This document shows positions 9,220 through 29,752 of a stretch of 64,000 bases of DNA, piece after piece. Both the position numbers and the translations under genes were made by a program. The first letter of the stretch is position 1. Each line of letters starts with the position of its first letter. A model generated the notes under the pieces. The model saw only the letters and a list, made by a program, of their open reading frames with translations, ran no database searches and was not told where the DNA came from. The stretch covers positions 1 to 64,000 of the forward strand of contig JBGANF010000034.1 of NCBI GenBank assembly GCA_044222475.1, given 5' to 3'. The stretch is from Polyangiaceae bacterium. Lineage in GTDB: Bacteria; Myxococcota_A; Polyangia; Polyangiales; Polyangiaceae.

Positions 9220-11352
9220 ATGGAAGGCAAGGCGAAAGTCGCGCTCACGTTTGCGCTCTCCCAAGGCGGGCAGCTCGTCCGTCGGGAGACCGTCGTCACC
9301 GAGGTCGGTGGCACGAGCGGCTCTGGAGTCGTGAAGGTCGGCAAGGACGCGAAGAGCCATCTCCGCGTCGACGACGACCTCGCGTCGCGCATGCACGCCG
9401 TGCTCGAGGTCGCACCGAGCGACCCGCCGGGCCAGGACATCACCTTGATCGATCTCGGCAACGAGCCGGGCACGATGGTGAATGGTCAGCGGGTCAACAA
9501 GTGCAAGATCCGGATCGGAGATCAGATCCAGATCGGCGGCACGATGATCGCGCTCGAGGCGGCCGCTCCGGCCGAGCTCGCGGCGACCGCGCCCGTCAGT
9601 CCCGAAATGGTACAGGCTGCCGTCGCGCCGTCGGCGCCGCCGCCGCCCGCGGCCGAAGCCGCCGCCGCTGCGCCCGCGTCGAACAACCCGTTCGCCGCTC
9701 CGGCCGCCGGCGCGAACCCGTTCGCGAGCGCGAACCCGTTCGCTGGCGCTGCCGCCGCCAACCCGTTCGCGAGCGCGAACCCGTTCGCCGGCGCAGCGGC
9801 TGCCGCCGCCGCCCCGATGCACGACGTCGACCCGAACGCGCCGCCCGGTAGCTACACCTACCAGATGGTGAAGAGCGGCCCCGACGTCAACCCCGACGAG
9901 GTCGAGGTCTCGCACATGTCGTCGCTCGAGGTTCGCGTCCTCTGGGACACGAACACGCTGCACATCGCGCACGTCTCGCCCGCGCAGATGTTCGTCGTCG
10001 GTGAGGAGCAGGGCCCGCCGAACAAGAACGTCAGCACGTACTTCATCCCGAGCGAGGTGCTCGGCACCACGCGCGCGCCGGTCGTCACGGCGGGCGGTGG
10101 CGTCGTCATTCTCCCGCGCGCCACGGGCTGGGTCGAAGTCCCGGGCCAGGGCAAGACGCCGATCTCGGAGCTCATCTCGAGCGGCCGCGCGCGGCAGTCG
10201 GGCAACGTCAGCGGCGGCTACGACTTCACGCTGCCGCCGGGCGGCAAGCTCCGTCAGGAGCTGCCCGGTGGTCTCGGCTTCGAGATCGCGGCGGGCAACG
10301 CCGGCAAGTCGCCGCCCGTCGGCATCTTCGCCAACTTCGAGCCGGGCGCGTATCTCTACAGCGGCCTCTCGTTCCTGATGCACGTCGGCATCCTCGCCTC
10401 GCTCGCGTTCTTCATGCCCTCGATGGGCGGCGACGACGACGAAGCGATCGATCGCGATCAACTCCTCCGCATGCAGCACCTCCTCAACGCGCAGGCCGAG
10501 CGCGAGCAGGAAGAGCGCGAGACGGAGCAGCAGCCCGACCAAAACGCCGACCAGAAGGAAGGCGGAACGGGTACGCGCGCGAAGGGTGAAGAGGGTTCGA
10601 TGGGTAACCCGAACACCAACAAGACCGGCATGAAGTACGGCGTCCAAGGTCCGCAGGACAACCAGGACCCGCACCTCGCCCGCCAGGCCGCGCTCAAGGA
10701 AGCGGCCGACTTCGGTATGATCGGTCTTCTCTCGAGCGCCGCTGGCGCCGACCCGAACGCGCCGACGGCGCCGTGGGGTCGTGAAGACTCGCTCGGCAAC
10801 GATCCGATGAGCGCCCGCGGTAACATGTGGGGCGACGCGATCGGTGACTCGTTCGGCGCAGGCGGCCTCGGCCTCTCCGGCGTCGGCGAAGGCGGTGGTG
10901 GCCGCGGCGAAGGCATCGGCCTCGGCAACATCGGAACGCTCGGTCACGGCGCCGGCACCGGTACCGGTCAAGGGTTCGGCAACGGCCACGGCCGCCTCGG
11001 CGGCGCGCACCAGACCCGGTCGCCCAGCCTTCGTCAGGGCAACACGACCGTCAACGGTCGCCTCCCGCCCGAGGTCATCCAGCGCATCGTTCGTCAGAAC
11101 TTCGGTCGCTTCCGTCTCTGCTACGAGAACGGCCTGAAGCAGAACCCGTCGCTCACCGGCCGCGTGTCGGTCAAGTTCGTCATCGGTCGCGAAGGTGACG
11201 TGCAGACTGCACAGGACGGCGGGTCGGAGCTCCCGGATCAGGGAGTCGTCGGCTGCGTGGTTCGAGGGTTCCAGAACCTCTCGTTCCCGAAGCCGGAAGG
11301 CGGCATCGTCACGGTCGTCTACCCGATCATCTTCAGCCCGGGCGATCAGTAA
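9220..11352 (+). CDS. gltG: Gliding protein GltG/PglI (FHA - TM - Gly-rich - TonB-C-like domain)
   Basis: N-terminal FHA (ASRMHA, GTMVNG), one TM segment, Gly-rich linker, and an AgmX/PglI C-terminal domain (IQRIVRQNFGRFRLCYE...V.YP). Confidence 0.88.
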   Translation: MEGKAKVALTFALSQGGQLVRRETVVTEVGGTSGSGVVKVGKDAKSHLRVDDDLASRMHAVLEVAPSDPPGQDITLIDLGNEPGTMVNGQRVNKCKIRIGDQIQIGGTMIALEAAAPAELAATAPVSPEMVQAAVAPSAPPPPAAEAAAAAPASNNPFAAPAAGANPFASANPFAGAAAANPFASANPFAGAAAAAAAPMHDVDPNAPPGSYTYQMVKSGPDVNPDEVEVSHMSSLEVRVLWDTNTLHIAHVSPAQMFVVGEEQGPPNKNVSTYFIPSEVLGTTRAPVVTAGGGVVILPRATGWVEVPGQGKTPISELISSGRARQSGNVSGGYDFTLPPGGKLRQELPGGLGFEIAAGNAGKSPPVGIFANFEPGAYLYSGLSFLMHVGILASLAFFMPSMGGDDDEAIDRDQLLRMQHLLNAQAEREQEERETEQQPDQNADQKEGGTGTRAKGEEGSMGNPNTNKTGMKYGVQGPQDNQDPHLARQAALKEAADFGMIGLLSSAAGADPNAPTAPWGREDSLGNDPMSARGNMWGDAIGDSFGAGGLGLSGVGEGGGGRGEGIGLGNIGTLGHGAGTGTGQGFGNGHGRLGGAHQTRSPSLRQGNTTVNGRLPPEVIQRIVRQNFGRFRLCYENGLKQNPSLTGRVSVKFVIGREGDVQTAQDGGSELPDQGVVGCVVRGFQNLSFPKPEGGIVTVVYPIIFSPGDQ

Positions 11353-11369
11353 GTCCTACTGACGCAACC

Positions 11370-11415
11370 GCGAAACGCGGGATGGAGCAAACGCTCCGTC
11401 CCGCGTTTTGCTTTT
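11370..11415 (+). terminator. Intrinsic terminator after gltG
   Basis: Stem GCGAAACGCGGGATGGAGC / GCTCCGTCCCGCGTTTTGC around a 4-nt loop, followed by TTTT. Confidence 0.75.
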
Positions 11416-11434
11416 GTACCAAGTGGGGACAGTG

Positions 11435-11517
11435 TCCCTCTCCCTCTCCCTCTCCATCTCCCTCTCCCTCCCGCTCGAAAACGAAGGGAGAGGGAGGGGG
11501 AGGGGGAGAGGGAGGGG
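11435..11517. repeat. Inverted hexamer arrays (TCCCTC)n ... (GGAGRG)n
   Basis: A pyrimidine arm and a complementary purine arm separated by about 12 nt. Confidence 0.85.
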
Positions 11518-11590
11518 CAAAAGAACCCCGACTTATGGAGTTTACTTCTCCGTGTGGAGTCCCCTAAACTCCCGCACCAACCCGAGGGAA

Positions 11591-12523
11591 ATGATGCGCG
11601 CACGCACCCTGTTTCTGAGCCTTGTGACCGCGATGTCGATCGCCACTGTCGCCGCCGGTGGAGGTTGCAGCCGCAACAACATCGAGGCCGTCAACCTCGC
11701 CAACGAGGGTGACAAGGCGCGCGGCGGAAACATCGACGACGCGATCTCGAAGTACGAGCAGGCGAAGACGCTCGACCCGTCGAACCACCGCATCCTTTGG
11801 AAGCTCGCGACCGCGTACCAGAAGAAAGAGAACTGGGAGAAGGTCAACGAGACGCTCGGTCCGGCGTGCAAGCTCGCACCCGATCACGCGAACTACTTCT
11901 ATCTCAAGGGCTACGCCCTCAAGCAGATGGCGGTGAAGGGCCCGACGCAGTGGAAGGAAGCGCAGGAGCCGCTCGAGCAAGCGATCAAGCTCGACGCGAA
12001 CTACGCCGATCCGCACTTCGAGCTCGCCGAAGTCCTGCTGCACCTCGACGACGAGAAGGGCGCGCTCGATCACTACACGATGGCCGTGCAGCTCAAGCCG
12101 GACGAGATTCCGTTCTACGGCCCGCTGATCGATCTCTACGTTCGTCTCGGCTTCATGGACGAAGCGGAGAAGGTCGCGCGCGAAGGTCTCAACTACGACA
12201 AGGGCGACGTGAAGGGTTTCCAGATCCACGTCCTCCTCGGCTTCGTGCTCGAGCGAAAGAACGACATCTCTGGCGCCGTCAAAGAGTACGAGACCGCGAA
12301 GAAGGCGTGTGGCCCCTGCAACGAGAAGGGCCAGAACATCATCTACTTCAACCTCGGTGCTGCGTACGCCAAGTCGAACCCGCCGCAGAAGAGCCAGGCG
12401 AGCTCGAACTTGCTGAACTTCCAGAAGACCGTCTGCCGCGGCGGCGCTGCCGCTCGCTACGCGGACGAGTGCACGCAGGCTCAGGAAATCCTGAAGACCG
12501 TCGGTGGTACCGCCGGTCCCTGA
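11591..12523 (+). CDS. TPR lipoprotein within the glt cluster, unassigned
   Basis: Lipobox-like AAGGGC, multiple TPR repeats, paired C-terminal Cys. Confidence 0.8.
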   Translation: MMRARTLFLSLVTAMSIATVAAGGGCSRNNIEAVNLANEGDKARGGNIDDAISKYEQAKTLDPSNHRILWKLATAYQKKENWEKVNETLGPACKLAPDHANYFYLKGYALKQMAVKGPTQWKEAQEPLEQAIKLDANYADPHFELAEVLLHLDDEKGALDHYTMAVQLKPDEIPFYGPLIDLYVRLGFMDEAEKVAREGLNYDKGDVKGFQIHVLLGFVLERKNDISGAVKEYETAKKACGPCNEKGQNIIYFNLGAAYAKSNPPQKSQASSNLLNFQKTVCRGGAAARYADECTQAQEILKTVGGTAGP

Positions 12524-12829
12524 TTTTCGCCTTCGCCGTTCCCCGCGCTGGTACTTCCAGCCAAGGCTCCGTTGTGCCGTGAGCGGTGTAGTCACCGCTC
12601 CTACAGCCCATTTTTCGGAGCCAGCGGCCCAGCTACGTCACGAGTTGTCAAGCGCAACCGCGCTCAAGAAAACCGCATCACGCAGCACATTTCCACGACA
12701 GATCGCCGCACCAACGCGGGGGGCGCTCTGATACCGTTGTCAGTCGGCTAGGAGGCCTCGGCTTTACCAATTCTTCCGCGACCATCGGGAGAGTCGCGAA
12801 GCACGAGGCAGTGATAACCGAGAGGATCC

Positions 12830-24238
<11,409 letters not shown>

Positions 24239-24247
24239 TCGTCTGGA

Positions 24248-24340
24248 CGGGGGCTGCGCCCCCGAACCCCCGCGAGAATTTCGGCACTCCGGCTGACGCC
24301 GGAGCTGCCTCAGTTGGGGCTCCAGCCCCAACGGCCCCGG
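24248..24340. repeat. REP-like triple-hairpin element
   Basis: Hairpins CGGGGGC-TGC-GCCCCCG, GGCACTCCGGC-TGAC-GCCGGAGCTGCC and GTTGGGGC-TCCA-GCCCCAAC. Confidence 0.6.
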
Positions 24341-24400
24341 TGACCAGAAAGGCCACAACAGAGGTGCGTTTCGTCCGATGGGGCCTCCACAGGAGGTCCC

Positions 24401-25675
24401 ATGTCGGAACACGAACGCAGCTCCACCGTCGAGCTGCCGTCCTTTCGGACGGCAGTTTCGCTGGTGGTCGAGGTCCAAGACGGCGCGGGCGCCCGCACGA
24501 TACCGCTCACCGAGACGGAGCAGATCGTCGGGTCGGGGAAAGGAGCGGCGATCCGGCTCGAGGACTCGGCGGTCAGCGCGCAGCACCTCGCGCTCTCCAC
24601 GATCGGTGCCTACGTAGCGGTTCGTGACCTCGGCTCGAAGAACGGAACGTTCGTCGGCTCCGCGCGCGTTCGCGACGCGATGGCGGGACCGGGCACCATC
24701 ATCAGCGTCGGCCATAGCTCGCTGCACGTGCGCCTAGGGACCGAGGGCGACGACGACGACGACGACGACGTGAGGCCCCTGCCGGGCCTCATCGGCACGT
24801 CGCGGCCGATGCGCGCGCTCGCCAAGCTCGTTCGGGGCCACGCGCGGCTGCGGCTCCCGGTCCTCGTCATGGGGGAGAGCGGCTCCGGCAAGGAGCTCGT
24901 CGCGCACGCGCTCCACGTCGAGAGCGCGCGGGCCGCCGCGCCGTTCGTCGCGCTCAACATGACGTGCCTCCCGCGCGAGCTCGTCGAGAGCGAGCTCTTC
25001 GGTCACGAGCGGGGCTCGTTCACCGGGGCCATCGCCAAGCGGCGCGGAGCGTTCGCCGAGGCCGAGGGCGGAACGTTGTTCCTCGACGAGATCGGCGATC
25101 TCCCGATCGAAGCGCAACCGAAGCTCTTGCGGGCGCTCGACGGATACGGAGTTCGCGCCGTCGGGGCCAGCGCGCCCGCGGCTCAGCTCGACGTTCGCGT
25201 CGTTGCGGCGACGCACGCTCCGCTCGGTCAGCGCGTGGCCGCAGGTTCGTTTCGTCGGGACCTCTACCACCGGCTCGACGTGCTCACGGTCCAGGTGCCG
25301 CCGCTCCGGAGTCGCCCCGGCGATCTCGCGCCGCTGTCGCGGGTCTTGCTCGGAAGGCTCGCGCCCGAGCTCGGCATGAAGAAGGAGCTCACGACGGCCG
25401 CGCTCGCTCGACTCGGGTCGCACTCGTGGCCTGGAAACGTGCGCGAGCTGCGCAACGTCCTGACGCGCGCTGGAACGGCCGCGCCGGGCCGCATGATCGA
25501 CGTGGTTCACGTGGACTGCGCGCTCGGTGCGGCCACGAAGGGCGCGGGCGAGCCTCGAAAGCTCACCCCGTCGGTCGCGAAGGCGCTCGTCGCGGAGCAC
25601 GGTGGAAACGTCAGCCACGCGGCCCGTGCGGCCGGCTGTGCGCGAAGCACCATACGGAAGTTGATTACGCGCTGA
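24401..25675 (+). CDS. FHA-domain sigma54-dependent activator (FHA-AAA+-Fis HTH)
   Basis: FHA ([13 protein letters not shown]), Walker [15 protein letters not shown], Walker [24 protein letters not shown]. Confidence 0.92.
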   Translation: MSEHERSSTVELPSFRTAVSLVVEVQDGAGARTIPLTETEQIVGSGKGAAIRLEDSAVSAQHLALSTIGAYVAVRDLGSKNGTFVGSARVRDAMAGPGTIISVGHSSLHVRLGTEGDDDDDDDVRPLPGLIGTSRPMRALAKLVRGHARLRLPVLVMGESGSGKELVAHALHVESARAAAPFVALNMTCLPRELVESELFGHERGSFTGAIAKRRGAFAEAEGGTLFLDEIGDLPIEAQPKLLRALDGYGVRAVGASAPAAQLDVRVVAATHAPLGQRVAAGSFRRDLYHRLDVLTVQVPPLRSRPGDLAPLSRVLLGRLAPELGMKKELTTAALARLGSHSWPGNVRELRNVLTRAGTAAPGRMIDVVHVDCALGAATKGAGEPRKLTPSVAKALVAEHGGNVSHAARAAGCARSTIRKLITR

Positions 25676-25687
25676 TTTCCCATTCCA

Positions 25688-26941
25688 ATGCGGGGCGTGA
25701 GACCCCTCGTAGCCCTCGTGCCGCTGCTCGTGCTCTCCGGCTGCAACTCGTGCGGCTCGAAGACGACCCCGACCGAGGGCGGCGCGTCCAGCGCGAGCGC
25801 CAGCGCGACGGCGGCGTCCACGGCGACGCCGCCGGAGCTGTCGCTACCCATCGGGGGCGACGTCGCTCCCGACGGCTCCGTGTATGTTGCAGGTTTCGTC
25901 GCGGCTCGGAAGGCGATCGTCCTCGCTCGCTACGACGCGGCGGGGGCGCTGGTATCGGTCGGCGATGCGTTCACCGCGGCGGAGTGGGCTTCGGGCACCG
26001 AGCTCCGAGTGTTCTCGGGGACACGCGGCGCGGCGGTCGCGTTTCGCGGGGTCGTCGCGACGAAGCAGGGGCAACACGTTCGCCTGATGGATCCGGCCGC
26101 CAAGCCGGTCGGCGACGCGTTCGACGTCGACGGGATCCCCTGCGCGACGAAGGATGGCGTGGTCGGGCTCGGCGGCGGACACGTCGTCACGCACCCGTTC
26201 GACGGCGCGGCGCCCAAGATCGGGCCGGCAGCCGAGGCGGACGACGCGCTCGCCTGCGGTGACGCCCGCGCGTACGTGCTCGACGAAGGCGACGACGGCC
26301 TGGTCGTTCGCCCGATCGACAAGGACGTGAAGACGAACGTCGCTCACGGCGATGGAGACGACGAGCCCCGCGAACATCCGGCGTTCACCGTCGGCGACGA
26401 GCTCTCCGTGTTCGTGGTGACGACCGGCGGCGCGCTCAAGATCGCGTCGCCGTTCGACGCGCCGGTGAAGGACGTCGGCAAGCTTCACGACGACGAGGAT
26501 CTCGTCGCGGTCGACGGTGATGCGAAGCGTGCGCTCGTCGTCTACACGAAGGACGACACGACGCGATGTGGCGCGGACGGGCTCGTGAGCGACGTCCATC
26601 TCTCGGAGATACCGCGCGATGGGTCGAAGCCGGTTTCGAGCGACGTGGTGAAGGGCGGATGCGACGTCGACCTCGGTCCGTTCTGGATCGGCGCGGCCGC
26701 CGGCAAGACGGTGATCGCGTGGGGCGAGCGTGACGGGAAGCGCTCGAAAGGCGCGCCTCCGGTCACCGGGCTCGGCTACCGAGTCCTGGGCGAGGCGGCG
26801 CCGCAGAAGGTCGCGCTCTCCGGTGAGGACGTGACGTTCGCGGGTTGCAGCGCGACGAAGTGTTGGGCGGTGTCTCTGGAGCGCCCCACCGGCACCGACG
26901 GGATGGTGCCGGGCAAGGCGCGCCTGATCCCGTTTCCGTGA
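25688..26941 (+). CDS. Hypothetical lipoprotein (beta-rich)
   Basis: Lipobox LSGC; 12 nt downstream of the activator. Confidence 0.7.
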   Translation: MRGVRPLVALVPLLVLSGCNSCGSKTTPTEGGASSASASATAASTATPPELSLPIGGDVAPDGSVYVAGFVAARKAIVLARYDAAGALVSVGDAFTAAEWASGTELRVFSGTRGAAVAFRGVVATKQGQHVRLMDPAAKPVGDAFDVDGIPCATKDGVVGLGGGHVVTHPFDGAAPKIGPAAEADDALACGDARAYVLDEGDDGLVVRPIDKDVKTNVAHGDGDDEPREHPAFTVGDELSVFVVTTGGALKIASPFDAPVKDVGKLHDDEDLVAVDGDAKRALVVYTKDDTTRCGADGLVSDVHLSEIPRDGSKPVSSDVVKGGCDVDLGPFWIGAAAGKTVIAWGERDGKRSKGAPPVTGLGYRVLGEAAPQKVALSGEDVTFAGCSATKCWAVSLERPTGTDGMVPGKARLIPFP

Positions 26942-26969
26942 GACGGGTTTCTGGGAAAGCAGCCGCGAG

Positions 26970-28133
26970 TCAGAACGTCAGCGCCAGCGAGCCGCCGCCG
27001 ATGTTGGCGCCGATCCACGGCGACACGACGACCGGAGGAAGCGCGCCGGTCTTCGTCGGCTCCTTCTTCGCGGCGAGCAGGTAGTAGAGCACCGTGCCCA
27101 CCGTTGCGGCGATGCCGATGCCCAGCGTGATGTTCGCGACGAGCGCGTCGGTGTCGACTGCGTTCTGGTTGTCCTTCAGCGTGGTGCAGGCGCTCGAGAA
27201 CTGAGCCGTCGGCGGCTGGCTGCAGATGCCCTGCGTCGGGTACTTGTTCGCGATCGCCGCGTCGCGGATCGTCTTCTCGGTGGAGTCCGCCTTGTCCTGC
27301 GCGCCGTTCTTGGCGATCAGGAACGCGATCGAGGTCGCGTACGACGCGATGGCGAGGCCGCCGAGGACGAACACCGGCCAGAGGGTCTTGGGCGGAGAGA
27401 GGATGCCGGGCTTGCTCGTCGTGTCGCCGGGCGGCGGGTTCTCGACCGGAGGCGGATTCGCGACCGGCGGCGGGTTGTTCGGCGGCGGATTTCCAGTGCC
27501 GCTGGGCGGGGGCGTCGGGATCGGGTCGACCGGCGGCGGGTTGTTCGGCGGCGGCGGCGGCGGGGCCGAGCCGGCGCGCAGAGAGAAGCTTCCGCCGGCC
27601 GCGAGCGTGACCTTCGACTCGTTGGTGATGCCGTCGGGGGTCTTGGTCTTCAACGTGTGCGTGCCGGGCTCGACGTCGACGGGATCCATCGGGAGGAATC
27701 CGGCGCGCTCGTTGTCGACCGTGATCTCGGTGCCGTTCGGGCCCTGGATGTCGATGCGCGCGAGCTTCGTGCGCGACTCGGTGATGCCCTTGTCGGCTGC
27801 GGCCTTGTCCGAGGCGGCCGGATCCTTGTCGTTCTTGTATTGGATGAAGAACTTGAGCGCCTCGAGCGGGTGGCCCGACTTCAGCGAGCTCTGCGCGAGG
27901 TTGAGCAGGATCGCCGGGTGCGGCTTGAGCGCGAGCGCCTGCTTGAACGAGGCGCGCGCGCCCTCGAAGTCGCCCTTGTCGAACAGAGCGACACCCTCTT
28001 GGAAGCGAACGCGTGCGGCTTTCGTCGCCGCGTCGTCGGCGGGGGCCGTGGCTTGAGCAAACACCGGAGGCGCCGTCAGCGCGATCGGAGCAAACGAGAG
28101 AATGAGCGCGGCGGCGATGGCACGGGTCTTCAC
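26970..28133 (-). CDS. TPR + PEGA domain exported protein
   Basis: GTG start, signal peptide, TPR (ARVRFQEGVALF...), PEGA (VEPGTHTL), Pro linker, two hydrophobic helices, terminal ...LALTF. Confidence 0.8.
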   Translation of the reverse strand: MKTRAIAAALILSFAPIALTAPPVFAQATAPADDAATKAARVRFQEGVALFDKGDFEGARASFKQALALKPHPAILLNLAQSSLKSGHPLEALKFFIQYKNDKDPAASDKAAADKGITESRTKLARIDIQGPNGTEITVDNERAGFLPMDPVDVEPGTHTLKTKTPDGITNESKVTLAAGGSFSLRAGSAPPPPPPNNPPPVDPIPTPPPSGTGNPPPNNPPPVANPPPVENPPPGDTTSKPGILSPPKTLWPVFVLGGLAIASYATSIAFLIAKNGAQDKADSTEKTIRDAAIANKYPTQGICSQPPTAQFSSACTTLKDNQNAVDTDALVANITLGIGIAATVGTVLYYLLAAKKEPTKTGALPPVVVSPWIGANIGGGSLALTF

Positions 28134-28197
28134 GGTCGAACCTCTTAGGTCGCGAGCGCTTCTGGGCGCGTCGAGGGGCGCCGCTTCCGAGCGATTC

Positions 28198-29094
28198 TCA
28201 GAAGGGCGTGTCGCGAACGATACCGCCAGTTCCCTTCCCCGTGTTCGGTTTTCCGGTACCTGCACCGGTGGGGCGGGTAGTGGCGGCGGCGGTCGCGGTC
28301 GGGCGGCCAGTCGCGGTGGGCGCGGTGGTCGCGGCGGTGGTGGTCGGACGGGCCGTGGCCGTGGCGGTTGCCGTAGCGGCGGCGGTCTGAGTGGCCGTCG
28401 GGGGCGGGGTGGGCTTGTCCGCCGTGGCGGTGGCCGTGGCCGTGGTCGTGGCGGCCGTCCCCGTCGGGTTCGGGGGCGTGTCGATGTCGGTGGGGGGCGG
28501 CGGGATGTGCCGCTCTTCGGTCGTCTGAGTGGGCTGGGTGGCGACCGGATTCGGCTTCGGGGTGTCCCCGCCGAGGGCGAACTTCGCGATGATTCCACCC
28601 ACGCCGAGCACTGCGACGGCCGCGACGGCGATGATGATCCCCGTGTTCGACTTCTTCGGCGGGGTGAAGTCGCCGCTGTCGAGCGCGTTGCGCGGAGGCG
28701 CGGGGGCACGCGCGGGAGCGGCGGCAGCCGCCGGTGGACGCTGCGATCGGCGCGGAGCCTGCGCCTGAGCCTGCGGCACGGCGGAAGCCACGGCGGGTGC
28801 CGGGGCACGCGGCGCGGGTGCGGGCACGGGATCCGCCGCGACGACGATCGACGCCTCGGGCGGCTTCGAGTCGGTTCGCGCGGGCGGGAAGCGCGGCGCG
28901 GAGTGCGCGGTCACCTCGGAGTTGACTCCGGCACCGCCGGCGAGCGCGTCCATCTCGGCGGCGCTCAGCTTGGTGCCACTCGCGAAGGGAGCGTCATCGA
29001 GCTCCCACGCGGGCCGGAACATCGAGGCGAATCGATCCGCGTCTTCCGGGCTCAGTCGACCTACTTGAAGCTCAGTCTTGGCAGCGCTCGTCAT
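28198..29094 (-). CDS. Single-pass membrane protein with Pro/Thr-rich tail ending GGIVRDTPF
   Basis: Short N-terminal region, one TM segment (IIIAVAAVAVLGVGGIIA), low-complexity tail. Confidence 0.75.
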   Translation of the reverse strand: MTSAAKTELQVGRLSPEDADRFASMFRPAWELDDAPFASGTKLSAAEMDALAGGAGVNSEVTAHSAPRFPPARTDSKPPEASIVVAADPVPAPAPRAPAPAVASAVPQAQAQAPRRSQRPPAAAAAPARAPAPPRNALDSGDFTPPKKSNTGIIIAVAAVAVLGVGGIIAKFALGGDTPKPNPVATQPTQTTEERHIPPPPTDIDTPPNPTGTAATTTATATATADKPTPPPTATQTAAATATATATARPTTTAATTAPTATGRPTATAAATTRPTGAGTGKPNTGKGTGGIVRDTPF

Positions 29095-29238
29095 GGGGTC
29101 CTCGGCGCACGATTTCGAATCGGTCTACGTACGTAAGATGTCGGAGAAAGATCCTAGCATTCGTCTCGATACCGTCGACGCTTCCCTGCGAATTCTTTCG
29201 GAATTCCGCTGTCCCAGCGAAAATTCCGCTGGAGTTGA

Positions 29239-29694
29239 TCACCCCCCGAACTCCTTCTTGAGGACGTCGTCCCACTCGTCGGCGACCCGGCCCATCGTGT
29301 CGAGGAGATCCTCGAACTCCTCGTAGTCGAGGCCGGAAAGGCGGCGGAGCGCTCGGACGAACACCTCGTCCTTCTTGCCGTCGATGGCGAACGCCGCGTC
29401 GCTCGTGGTGAGGAGCGAGAGCTCGAGCAAGCGGCGGTAGAGCCCTTCTCGGTTCACGATCGGCACCTTCATGATCGGCGCGAGCATCAACAAGACGCCG
29501 TGATCGTCGATCACGTTGATGCCCACGCTGGCCGAGCCTTTCCGGACCTGCGTGTAGCCGGTCGCGTCGAGGGGGGTGAGCGGGTTGCCCGAGCGCTCGG
29601 CAAACCGAGCGAGGTAGGCGTTCACCATCGCGAAAGCATCTTTGTAGACCTGTCCAGTCGTACGATCGGAGAAGATGGCGGCAGCATCGGTCAT
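29239..29694 (-). CDS. CesT/YbjN-like (T3SS-chaperone fold) protein
   Basis: 151 aa with acidic C-terminus and the pattern LYRRLLEL...AFAID...EEFEDLL. Confidence 0.65.
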   Translation of the reverse strand: MTDAAAIFSDRTTGQVYKDAFAMVNAYLARFAERSGNPLTPLDATGYTQVRKGSASVGINVIDDHGVLLMLAPIMKVPIVNREGLYRRLLELSLLTTSDAAFAIDGKKDEVFVRALRRLSGLDYEEFEDLLDTMGRVADEWDDVLKKEFGG

Positions 29695-29752
29695 CGGGGT
29701 TCCTTGGCTTTGTCGTCACGGAATCTGCTGCGCCAGAATACATCGAAGAACC

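Noticed and set aside
24748..24768. (GAC)7 triplet run
   Set aside because: It is an in-frame poly-Asp linker of the sigma54 activator, not a phase-variation tract.
26970..28808. 612-aa version of the PEGA ORF
   Set aside because: The Arg/Pro-rich extension overlaps the 28198-29094 gene, and the signal peptide starts at GTG 28133.
29189..29231. Short hairpin and AATTCCGCTG direct repeat between genes
   Set aside because: Too short to assign as a terminator or operator without comparative data.
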